NCBI RefSeq assembly: GCF_009834535.1
Contig: NC_045696.1
Location: 4,652,001-4,716,000 of the forward strand
From: Camelus ferus
Lineage: Eukaryota
DNA length: 64,000 bases
Direction: 5' to 3'
This document shows, piece after piece, positions 50,201-61,439 of the stretch. A model generated the notes under the pieces. It saw only the letters and a program-made list of their open reading frames with translations, was not told the origin of the DNA and did not search any database. Both the position numbers and the translations under genes were made by a program. Position 1 is the stretch's first letter; each line of letters starts with the position of its first letter.

Positions 50201-51869
50201 ATTGAGGCAGGGATAGTGTCAGATCCAGGTCTCTGGCTTAGGGCTTCCGTCTAGTCACCACCAACCCATTATCTTCCCTTCTGCACCATAACCGGGCATC
50301 TCATGGGAGACTGGGAGGCCTCCTGGAGAGTGAGGTGCAGACAGAGGCTGAATGGTCACATGTTGCTGCTCATTAATTTTTAGTTTGAGACAGAGATAAT
50401 AGCTGATGACTTCCCTTGCCCTCTTGGTTCTGAAATTCTGTCTTCCAGACACATTCGGCTAAACATGGAAACCACCTAAATTGTGCTAAAGTGAACAGAG
50501 TGGTTATCTGTTTAAATGACGTATTCCCATGTCTTTAACTCCTTCTTACCAGTCCCATCATTATGAGGCACAGGAGGGAGGACAAAGGAAGAAACGATCC
50601 TGGGAAATCATATTGGGGCCGCAAAGATGCTGGGTCAGTGGGAGGAAAACAGTGAATCACCCACATGCACAATCTGAGTCCACGAGGAGCCTAGAACACA
50701 ACCCAAAAATCAAGCCCAGGAAAGCTGGCACATTTTATTGTGAAGAAATAACATATTTTGTTAATGAATAAGCTATGGGGTCAGTTTATTAGAACGAATC
50801 TGAAAGTTGGAGATGGGAATATGATCTAGTGGAGCAGATAACTAACTGGTTTAATTATTAGGTGGGGTAACTTGCCAAGAAGAGTCACCCAGGGACCAAG
50901 CAGACAAAGGAGGTGGTGCAGGGGATTCAGAGGGCAGTGTTGACCTGCAGGCTGGTGGAGGGGAGGCCAGAGCCATGCGGAGGGGCATGGGGTGTGTGTC
51001 AGGGGGGTGTGCCTATAAAATAATTACAAGTGACTTGGCAGAAACGTGTAAGTCCAGAAGGTTCAACACTGGCATACAAAGTTCCTACTTAATCATTTGG
51101 TGTATTTAATGTTCATAGCTGCTGAAGGGCCTGGGGAGAGAGTTATGTTATTTGATTTTGAAAACGATAGTACTTTTACTCTCCAGATTTATTACAGAGA
51201 TGCTTCAACTCCCAAGGTCTTTCTTTTGTTAGTCACTTAACCTGGGGTCTCTGTGGAGGCTTCTCTCCCTGGCCAGCCTCTAAAACCCATTCTTTTTATC
51301 TGACTTCCCAGGCGACCTACCTCCGCAGGGCTCATTAGCTCTGACTCCTGTTCTTCCTCCTGCGGATGTTCAGAGACCGAGGACTGTGTTCTCTACATTT
51401 CTCAACCGAATGTGCTCTAAGAGCCCTTATTCAAAATCAAATTATATTGCAATTGTCTGTCTACTTTCAGATAGCACTCTAGCACACCCTTGGCCAAAAC
51501 AAGTCACACGGCCAGTTCTGAGATCAGTAGACCGTGGGTGTGTGATCTTCCCCAGAGGAGTTTGACTGGGTATCACTTACCCGGATAGATAGCCTGCATA
51601 CAAAAGATGCACAATTACGTGTTTTCCTAAGACTCAATCCTTCTGAAGAGGCAAATTCTGCTAATTTTATTTCAATTTAATGTTGACTACCCCAGAATCA
51701 AAGGGCTCACGGAAATTTATAAGGATAGTCTCATTAAGTTCCAGGGATGTTTGACCCCTGGACCTTTGTGTGGGGCAGAGACTGAATTGTTTCAAAGAGC
51801 AAGCAGTGCCATATGTACCCCAGAACTTCTCATAGACTGTGTAATACGATACATGTGTGCAGAGGTGGT

Positions 51870-51901
<32 letters not shown>
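51870..51901. repeat. (TAGA)n microsatellite
   Basis: Perfect run of 8 units. Confidence 0.95.
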
Positions 51902-51953
51902 AAGTACTTATTATATGCCAGAGAAAAGTCTACCTGTTTTACGTGTGCTTACT

Positions 51954-52166
51954 CAAGAATCAGCAAACTTTTTTCTGTCAAGTGGCAGGTGCTAAATATT
52001 TTAGGCTTTGTGAGCCATGAAATCTGTGTTATAACTGTGACTCTGCCGTTGTAGTGCAAAAGCAGCTATAGACAATAGGTGAGCAAAGGAGCATGGCTGT
52101 GTTTTAATATATTTGTTTATAGAAGCAAGCTGACTTGACTCATGGGCTGTAGTTTGTTGACCCCTG
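51954..52166. mobile_element. MER58A-like hAT-Charlie MITE
   Basis: CAGCAAACTTTTTTCTGT..TAAATATTTTAGGCTTTG..CTCTGCCGTTGTAGTGCAAAAGCAGCTATAGACAATA..GTAGTTTGTTGACCCCTG. Confidence 0.9.
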
Positions 52167-52330
52167 TGTTAACGTATTTTGTCCTTATGACAGTCGTGTT
52201 AGCCTCATTTTGTAGACAAAAAAGCCAGAGCTCCTAGTGGCGCAGTAACTTACAAGAGATCACCCAGCTGGTAAGTGGGGGAGCTGAGCTTTGAACAAGG
52301 CAGTCTGGCTTTAGGGTCCATGTGCCTAAG
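52167..52330 (-). mobile_element. MIR SINE, split by the MER58A (other part at ~51905-51953)
   Basis: CTCATTTTGTAGAC..GTAACTTAC..ATCACCCAGCTGGTAAGTGG..TTTGAAC..GGCAGTCTGGCT. Confidence 0.8.
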
Positions 52331-52689
52331 TTAGGATCCATTGCTTCTCTGGTGATGCTGTTCTGGTGAATTCAGATAAACTATTGAAGTGTGGATCGGA
52401 AGAAAGAGATTGGCTTCCCAGATACTTAATGGCCTGGCCATTTTATGGGTGATCTCTTTTGCCATCTAGACAAAGACATACTATTCGAGCTGCTGGGGTT
52501 GTGTGCCTTGCTTCACCATACTAGATACACAACTGGTAATACACAGAGTGGTCAAATTGTGCCGTCTCGTGGTTGCTAGCATTCACTTACTTACAACTTG
52601 GGGTACGTTCAGGTTTTTTCCTGATGCCTCCCCTCCAGGGTAGAATAAAAAGCAGAGAAACTCTGTCCCAGGATGAGAAAGAGCGACTG

Positions 52690-52935
52690 TGGTGTGGGGG
52701 AGGGGAGTAGGAAACAGCTGGCTTCAAGTTAGACGAGCTGAATCCTAGCGATGGTCACTCAGTCTTGCCATGTGACCACGCACAAAGCACTCTGCCCCCT
52801 TCTCTATGAGTTTTCTCCTCTGAGCGATGGAGATAAGATATCTACTTAAAGGTGTGCTGTGAATAATAGAGGAGTTTAAGTAAATGCAAGTGTTGCAAGA
52901 ATTACGACACCCTATAGATATGTGAGGAATCATTG
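52690..52935 (+). mobile_element. MIR SINE, diverged
   Basis: GAATCCTAGC..TCACT..TGTGACC..AGTTTTCTCCTCTG..ATGGAGATAAGATATCTAC..TGCTGTGAAT. Confidence 0.65.
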
Positions 52936-53260
52936 CTATCTATGTTGGTCAGGGTAGGGGTTAACTTTTGCTGTATTTCTAGGTGACTGAAGTGTGGTTG
53001 ATTGCATATAAAGGGAGAAGGCTCTAAACATATACTAACTGCAGTTGAGAGTCATATAATTACAAGTTGCTCATACTTATTTAAGGAAAATGACCAGCTC
53101 TTTAAATCTCAAGTGATTTTCTAGAAGACTCGGAATTGTTCAGAATCTCCATAGCACCTTTACTCCTAAAGTGATGGCAAAAGAAGTCAGCTTTGCTCCT
53201 GTGGATCCTCTTGTGGGAGCAGCCTTCTTTACCTTTTCTGCTTGTTGTAATGCTACCTAA

Positions 53261-53344
53261 CTTTTCTTTTTATTGAAGCATATTCGACTTTCAATGTTGT
53301 GTTAATTTCTGGTATACAGCATAGTGATTCATTTCTGTCTATCC

Positions 53345-53375
<31 letters not shown>

Positions 53376-53929
53376 CCTATCTTTTTATATTCTTTTCCAT
53401 TATACGCCATTACAAGATACTGCATATAGTTCCCTGTGGTGTACAGTAGGACCTTGCTGTTTATCTATTTTATATATAATAGTATCTATAAATCCCAAAC
53501 TTCCAGTTTATCCCTCCCCACCCCCACTCCCTCCCATAAACATAAATTTGTTTTTTATGTCTGTGAGTCTGTGTCTGTTTTGTAAATAAGTTCATTTGCA
53601 TCCCCCCCCCCCTTTTAAGATTCCACATATAAGTGATGTCATATGGTATTTTTCTTTCTCTTTCTGGTTTACTTAACTTAGTATGATGATCTCCAGTTCC
53701 ATCCAAGTTGCTGCAAATGGAATTATTTAATTCTTTTTATGGCTGAATAGTATTCCATTATTTATATATACTACAACTTTTTTATGCAGTCATCTGTTGG
53801 TGGACATTTAGGTTGCTTCTATGTCTTGGCTACTGCAAATAGTGATGCTGTGAACATTGGGGTGCGTGTATCTTTTCAAATCAGGGTTTCCTCTGGATAC
53901 ATGTCCAGGAGTGGGATTGCTGGATCATA
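53261..53929 (-). mobile_element. 5'-truncated LINE-1 with an internal (TATC)n microsatellite
   Basis: Antisense L1 ORF2 end and 3'UTR (GATTCCACATATAAGTGAT, CAAGTTGCTGCAAATGG, CCAGGAGTGGGATTGCTGGATCATA); perfect 14 bp TSD GTAATGCTACCTAA at 53247-53260 and 53930-53943. Confidence 0.96.
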
Positions 53930-54459
53930 GTAATGCTACCTAATTTTTAAGACTTGGCTCGCTCAGTTATCGTAATGATCTCCCAAACTCTACTTGTCAC
54001 TGTTTCTTCTGTCCTTCCCTAGTCGTTTGTACTGTCCTCTATTTGCCAGAGGTTACTAGAGTTCATTTGCTTGTTCATTCATTCAATCGATATGTAGTTG
54101 TCTGCTATAGGGCAGGCAATGTACTAGCTACTAAGGAAGCAAAGATAATGAAAAATGAAACAGACATGACTCCTGTCCTCACTTATTACATCTCTCTCTT
54201 CTCCATTGGAATTGGAATGATTTGGAGGCAACAGAAACTCTTCTTTCTTTCCTACTTTGCTAAAGATCTAGAAGCCAGATGTCCAGTTTATTTGAATTAC
54301 TGTTTTCTTGGGATGCAAAGAAAGAAACTAACAACTCAACTTTTTTAATGAATTTTTTTTAATGAATAAAGTTTTCTAATTTTAGACCGTTGGCTTTGTA
54401 CTACCTATCTTAACCTCATTGAAAAGTTTTTTATTTCCCCTAGCCTCTTAATTCTTTAT

Positions 54460-56200
54460 CATTCTACCAACAAATATTTATTTAACATCTACTATGTGAT
54501 GGACACTCTGGGGATACAGTGGAAAATTGTATAGCCAGGAACTGTCTTCAGGGAGCTTGCAGTCTAATGGAGGAGATAGGAAATAAAAAGCAATAAATGA
54601 AACATATAAATTGAAATAATTACAGTTTGTTATAAATGTTCCAGAAAAAAAGGAAGGGAGAGAGAGTGTTGGGACAGGGTGGGAGAGCATCTGTTTTAAA
54701 TTAGAGAAGAATGGAAGTTTCTCCATGTCCTGAGGAATGAGAAAGAAACAGTCACTCAAAGAGTAGAGGGTGCCATCCATCAGTGAAGAATACAGGAAGG
54801 TTGTGTGGCTGGATCTGAGTGACTTAAAAAGAGTCAAAGTCACAGAGAGAGGTGGTTCAGATTCGACAGAGGCTGAGTTGCAATGGAAAGAATTTTGATT
54901 TTATTCTAAGTTCAGTGGAAATTCAGCAAAGAATTTTAACCAGGAGTATGACATGATCTGACGTTGGGTTAAAGCAGTCACTCACACTAATGAAGAAAAG
55001 AAGGAATAAACTGTAATGTGGATATAGAGAGGCCAGTTAGGGGGCTATTTCAAATGTCCACCTAAGAGATAATGGTCACATGGACTGAGGTAGAGGTAAA
55101 TGGACAGATCTGAGCTGTGTTTTGCAGATAGAAGGAACAGGATCTGTAGAAGGCTGTGTTGAGGTGGGATGTGAGGGAAGAAGGAGCTTAGAGGCAGGAG
55201 GATGGTGAAATCAAGAATGATTCCTGGCTTGGGTAGTGGGTGAATGGCGGTCCCAGTTTCTGAGAGGAATGAAATTTTAAATAGGTTGAGTTTTAAATAT
55301 AATAGACTCTCATGTAGAGGGGCCAGGTGGATATATGAACTTTATCTAGCTACATAAATCTGCAAGTAGTCAACTGTATAATTGTTTCTAAAGTAACTGA
55401 TTGAATGAGATGCTCTATGGATAAAAGAAGAGAGCCCAGGAAGAATTCCTGAAAACTGTAACAGAGATCAGGCAAAGAAGGAGGAGACCTCAGTGGAGCA
55501 CCCAATAGATTAGGAGGAAACATCGGAATGTGGGGGTGTCATGGACTTCAAGAGAGAAATGGTAAGGAGTCTTTCACTGCATCAGATACTTCTGAGAGGT
55601 CACGATGAGACCCATGAAGGTTTGGCACCATCAAAATGATCAGAGATCTGGATAAGGCCAATTTCTGCAGAGTGGTGGGGCAGACATCATATTGAAGAGG
55701 GTGAAGGTGAATGGATGGTGAGGCTGTGAAGTTGAATCTGTGACTTGCTCATTTGAAATAAATGTGATTGAGAAGCAAAAAAAAAAAAAAAACCAAAAAA
55801 CCCCAAAACCCAAAAAACAAAAAATGGGACAGGAGTAAAGGAGAATACTTAGTAAAGGGAATTTGGGTTTATTGTTGTTATTTATGTGTATTTTTTAAAG
55901 ATGAGATACAGCAAGCGTGTTTCATGATGGGCACAGTGATCCCATAGAGAATAGGAAACTGAGGAGCAGATACCAGGGCGAAAAGCAAGCAGGAGTGAGG
56001 AAGCCACAGGGTGGGGGCCCAGCGCTATGGCAAGAAGTCTGCCTGGAGGAGCTAACGGGGCATGGGTGTAGAGCTGAGGGAGATTCTAACTGAGGACGTT
56101 TAAGATAAAGTTTCTGTTTAGACAAAGGGTGGGAGAGGGCCTTGTGAGAGCTTTTAAGAGAGAAGACAGAGATGAGAAACTTAAAATCTTGTCTCAGGAT
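54460..56200 (-). mobile_element. Long L2 LINE relic
   Basis: 3' end CAACAAATATTTATTTAACATCTACTATGTG..GGGATACAGTGG..GGAGCTTGCAGTCTAATGG, then ~1.7 kb of purine-rich antisense L2-type blocks (GATTTTATTCTAAG, ATGACATGATCTGA, TCAAGAATGATTCC). Confidence 0.8.
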
Positions 56201-58784
56201 GATGGAAAGAAGGCAGAAGCCTCCTCTACACAGGATTGTGTTCCTCTGTGGATTGACTCTTCTGTGTGAGGAAGGCTCGTGGAGAGCTGGCTTCTGGAGA
56301 ATTTAAGTATAACCTTACTGTGCATTATAGTGCATCTTGATATAATATTTTTCTCTTATTCCCCAAGATTCCTCATTTTCCTTTGGAGAATCTGGACAAA
56401 GGTGGACTCTGTGTATATCTCTGTGTTTTTCACCCCTATGTTAATTTTACTGTGGCTTTTGTATCTGTTGAATTTCTTAAACATCTCTCATTTTTCCGGG
56501 TCACTCATTCTTCTTTCAGAAATTATGTTCATTTGTCAAAGTGGGACACTTGAAAAACAATGACTTAAAATAAAATTTTACTTAACTTCAAGATTTATAT
56601 GTTATTGTATATTATAATTAAGACTATAATTGTGTAATAGATGTATCAAAATGGCAAAAACTAACACAATACACATACTTAGATTATAAAAACTCATTCT
56701 AACATGTAATCAGAGATTTTTTCTACTTTACTTGTAAAATGATTGGTATAAATAAACTGTTGGGAAAATTGTTTGATTAATTGTACCTTCTCATCTTTTT
56801 CAAAATATATTTGAGATATTTCACAATTTGCTCTTCCCTTAACGTTTGGCAGACCTGAAGGTGTCTGCGTACACGCAGACTTCTTCTTGCCTACTCTGGT
56901 ATTTCCTTGGAATATTTAACTACGTATTAGAGTCAATAAGAGCCAATGCGGGTAAATTATAGTCAAAAAGAAGACAAACTAGAAGCTTCCTCAGATACCC
57001 TGGCCCTTCTGGTGGGCCAGGTTTAAGGACCCAAAAAACACTAGTATTGACTTTCATGTTCCACTTGGCTCCCTTCTTTTCTTTGGAAGAACAGTCTGCC
57101 TTCCATGAGACGCCGCCACTAAGCATCTTTGGCATGTCGTGCGGTCCAGGTGCCCACCACCTCATCTGGAGATTATGCTGTTTACTTCTCCACTTTCTGC
57201 AATCCTTTGCCTCCATTTTGAGGGCCTGGGGAGAAACTTGTCTTTTTTTCAATCTGGTTATCTTAGGGCATTGCTGGGTACATGTTATTTGAGGTAGATT
57301 CTCATATAAGACAGGTCTGAAGGAAGATTTTATGTCTGAGCCTTATTCGTCTGTCTGCTACTTGTGTTTTAGTGCTAGAAGCTAATTGAGAGTCAGTTCT
57401 GTTTTGTTTCATTGTAGCCCAATGAAATAGGCAAGGACAATTTTCCATGTTAGCGAAATGGAAAATGAGGTGTAGAGAGACTGTGAGGGGTGCAGAGGGG
57501 TCCGGGGGGGACCTGATGAGCCCAGTGTTCTGTTAGGATGTGATGGTGCCGCAGTGAGCAGGCAGCCCTGGTAAGATAACTCAGAATGGGGGTGTATGTT
57601 CAGAATGCAGCCCCCAAATCGCCCTGAGGCCTCACTCCACATGAATATTGGAAAACAAACGAAACTTCTAAGCGTGAACTCATTTGAAAAATTCTGTGCT
57701 TTAAAAAATTCTGAGAGGAGACCACCCGTTGGGCTGTAGGATGAGTGGTAAGCATTCTTATCAGATCAGATTGGGGTGAGCTTTTGGTAGCATACAGTTT
57801 CCAGTGTTTGACTGTACCTTCAACAACAGAAACAAAACAAAACAAAAATACCCAGTCTCCCCAGGCAAGTGTTTTCTCTTGCCACATATTTACATAACTG
57901 CAGTCTGTTCTGGGGTAGGACAAAGATGAAAGCATGATTGCAAAGCTCACCCTTTGAATCTGCAGCTGTTTTCAAGGGGCGGCCTCTGTTTCAAAGGTGA
58001 GCCCTCCACACCCTTCTGTTTGCCGAGCCTCACGCAGGCGCTGTGTTTATTTGATCTCATTTGAAAAGAAGCTTTCCTCCTGCCTTAGAAGAAGCTCATT
58101 ACAGACAGACTTCACCTTTCTGTTGCAAAAGATGTTTCCTTGAAAGGAAAATGTAATGAATGTTAGACCCACAGCATATAGCTGCGAGGCTATCCCTTGA
58201 TCCAGGTCCGAATGCATTTGTTAAAAAGCTGCTTTATTGATTTTTTTCAGCTGCTTTTTGCTGTGTTGGGATCATTTGTACATATGCACATCACAATTTT
58301 TACTACATCAAAGTGCTTAGTAAGTTCATCGCACTCACGGAATAGCATACAAAACAAAAGACTCTTCTCTATAAAGATTTCTGCCACTTAACCTCTGGTA
58401 GGAAAGTTGTTTTTAATGTATTCCCTCTGAATAGCTTCAAAATATTTTATGCAGTCTTCAATGAAAGAGGCAGCCCAGGTCCACCTTTAGATCTCCTTCT
58501 TAGAAAATGGTGCATTGTAGAAAAAGGAGGGGTTTCATAGAGCAAGTACATGCATCTGATATCCATTCCGTTGTATAAAAGTCATTTTACTTCCATTAAA
58601 TATTTAAGTGGTTACATTTATATTTAGCTTCCAGGAAAGTGTTGACAATATTTGATGTACGTGAAGATAGCTATTAATTTAGTAATGAATAGAAATTTAC
58701 TTAGATAACTAATGTGATGTTTCTTTATTAGGTCCAATTATATTACAAGGAGTAAGTGTATTGTAACCCTTTATGTTGGGTGTT

Positions 58785-58831
58785 TCTTCTTCTCCTTCTT
58801 CTCCTTCTCCTTCTTCTCCTTCTTCTTCTTT
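58785..58831. repeat. (CTT/CTC)n pyrimidine tract
   Basis: Directly visible; source of the poly-Arg ORF on the minus strand. Confidence 0.9.
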
Positions 58832-58944
58832 CGGTATTAGATACATACAAATCAGTGTTCAGTGTGTTTAGTTCTAAACAAATACTTCCTGAGGACAGGT
58901 TCTGAGCCAGCTCAGTCAAAAGCATGGCCAGAAAGACAGAGCTG

Positions 58945-59379
58945 AACATGGATGGACCTAGAGATTATCATATTAAGTGAAGTAAGTCAGACAGAGAAAG
59001 ACAAATAACATATGATATCACTTATATGTAGAATCTAAAAAAAAATACACATTTTATTTACAAACCAGAAATAGACTCACGGACATAGAAAATAAACTAT
59101 AGTTACCAATGGGGGAGGGGAGGATGGATAAATTAGGAGGTTGGGATTTGCAGATACGTACTACTACATATAAAATAGATAAACAACAAGGACCTACTGT
59201 ATTGCACAGGGAACTATATTCAATTTCTTGTAATAAGCTATAGTGGAAAAGAATATGAAAATACATGTGTATTATATATATATATTTATATATATATAAC
59301 TGAATTGCTTTGCTGTACACCTGAAACTAACACTGTAAATCAACTACACTTCAATAAGAAATAAAATATAAAAAAAGAA
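58945..59379 (+). mobile_element. 5'-truncated LINE-1 3' end
   Basis: ACATGGATGGACCTAGAGATTATCATATTAAGTGAAGTAAGTCAGACAGAGAAAGACAAATA.. through the A-tail; perfect 15 bp TSD AGAAAGACAGAGCTG at 58930-58944 and 59380-59394. Confidence 0.96.
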
Positions 59380-60534
59380 AGAAAGACAGAGCTGGGTTTA
59401 GTCTAGTCCTGACCTCAAGGCTCAAAGAGCCCAAAGGCACCCAGTGTGGACTGAAAGGAACCTTCAAATCCTACCTCCAAACTGGATCCCTACCCTTAGG
59501 GTTAGGGAGAGGTGGCTCGCACTGACCTTTCTGTTAAAAGTTTTCCACTGAAGCACACATTTTTCCTGTATTGCCAACAAGGTGGCTGCCACTCAATTTC
59601 TTTTTTCCTTTTTTTTTTTTTTTCTTTTGGCTTTAAAAGAAAGTACCCTGACTTAGGGGACCAGGTGAAGATCAAGGAGTAACAAGAGAGAAGGAAGGTG
59701 GTAATTGTGGGTTCCCAGTACTGTTTGTGGGAACATGCACAAACTTCAGTCTAAATTAGACAACCCATCAACTGAGTATTTAAAAGGCTTTTGTCTTTTT
59801 TAGAGATCATTTTCATGATGGTGGTAGCTGACGTTAAAAAGTGACTTTCCTCATTCCTTGATTTTCTCTCTTACATGTTCTATTTCCGCAGCTGATCCAT
59901 GACTTGGTTCAGTGCCAGTCCTTACCTCCTCCCTGATTCCTTTCTGTACCTCCGACTTTGCATAAGAACAATTCCTAATTACTACTCAGATGTGATGTTT
60001 GTGCACTACCTCCAAATAAATTTACCAGATACCCTTGACCCCAAATCGAAATGGAGATGAATGGATACTCACGAAAGGAGGAGTCGGGAAAGCTGGGCTC
60101 TGGTGAACTATGCCTCCCCAGGCCGTGACGTGACCTCTTTCAGCAAACAGCTGTCCCTCCTGGTCAGCATGAGGAACATAGAGGGCTCGACAGCCCTGGC
60201 CTGGTGCCTGCTGGTCAGGGGTGCACCGACATGGTTCTGTAAATTAGAGCCTCTTTCAACTGTGTCGTGGGGAGTGTTCTGCTTTCCTAAGATGTCCATC
60301 TTGCTGTTTTCCTCAGTTGTCACAAGGAGATGGCACCCCTTGTGGAGGTAGGTTGACATGTCACCTGAAACAGGTTTTCTGAAAGGCTCTTTGGGAACCC
60401 TGTCTCAAACCCTGAAGGCTGAAATGTAGGGGAGAAATCCAGAGGATGTTTGGTAGGAGGCCAGCACCCTGGGCCACTATTCGTAAGCTCACCTCAAAAT
60501 CCAGGCTCCATTATTGCAACCAAAGTGTTGTTTT

Positions 60535-61342
60535 TCTCTCTTTATGAATGTATAATTTACCTATAACAAAATTCACTGTTTTTAATGTTTATTTCTGCAA
60601 AATTTGACAAATGCGTAGTCATATAACCACTGCCATGATCAGGTATAGAACACTGACGTTTACCCCCCCCCCCCCAATCCCCTGGCATCCCTTTGCAGTC
60701 AACTTCCTCTCTCCCTCTTCCCCACACTCCCCCAACCACCCCCCACCAAAAGCCCCAAGTCTCATAGCCTTTTGAGTCTGGCTTCTTTCACTTCTCATAA
60801 AGCACTTGAGGTCATGAATACTGCCATTATAAACATTCATTTATAGATTTTTATGTGAACATTGTTTTTATTCCACTTGATTAAATACCTAGGCATAGCA
60901 TTTCTGAGTTGTATGCTAAGTGAATACGTAGCTTCGTTAAAAACTGTCAAATTATTTTCCAAAATGGCTAATTAATTTTCAGTTCCCACCAGCAATGTAT
61001 GAGACTCCCAGTTGCTCCCTATCCTCATATCCTCACCAGCACTTGATGTTGTTAGATTTCCATCTTTTCTTTCTTTTTTCCCTCCTCCTTCCTTCCTTCC
61101 TGCCTCCCTGCCTTCCTTCCTTCCTGCCTTCCTTCCCTCCTTCCTCCCCCTCTCCTTTCTAATAGGTGTTGTACCCTCTTCTTTTTCTTTCTTGTCATCC
61201 TATTAGGTGTCATAGTGTTGCCTCAAGTGATTTAAATTGACTAATTTAAAGGATTTAATGACTAATATGTTGGAGGTTTTATCCCCCAATGTGCATATTT
61301 GCTATTTTTGTATTTTCTTTATTGAAGTATCTGTTAGACTCT
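60535..61342 (-). mobile_element. Old LINE-1 3' region (L1MB7/8-L1ME-like) with an internal (CCTT)n tract
   Basis: TATAATTTACCTATAACAAAATTCAC, CTGGCTTCTTTCACTT, TAAATACCTAGG, TTCCCACCAGCAATGTATGAGACTCCCAGTTGCTCC..ATCCTCACCAGCACTTG. Confidence 0.85.
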
Positions 61343-61359
61343 TTTGACTGGGATTTTTA

Positions 61360-61439
61360 CTTTACTGGAGGTACTGGGGGTTGACCAGGGCCTCATGTGT
61401 GCTGGGCGTGTGCTCTACCACTGAGCTACACCCTCCCCC
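61360..61439 (-). mobile_element. tRNA-Ala-derived SINE (camelid Vic-1-like)
   Basis: Reverse complement GGGGAGGGTGTAGCTCAGTGGTAGAGCACACGCCCAGCACACATGAGGCCCTGGTCAACCCCCAGTACCTCCA; perfect 17 bp TSD TTTGACTGGGATTTTTA at 61343-61359 and 61440-61456. Confidence 0.92.

Noticed and set aside
56920..57292. 110 aa (minus) and 81 aa (plus) ORFs as a possible processed pseudogene
   Set aside because: No recognisable protein similarity in the frames I read, non-ATG starts, no poly(A)/TSD pair
58743..58949. ORF with a poly-Arg run
   Set aside because: Translation of a (CTT/CTC)n microsatellite
59487..59506. CCCTACCC-TTAGGGTTAGGG as an interstitial telomere or fusion scar
   Set aside because: Only two TTAGGG units, and the arrangement is opposite to a telomere fusion; too short to support
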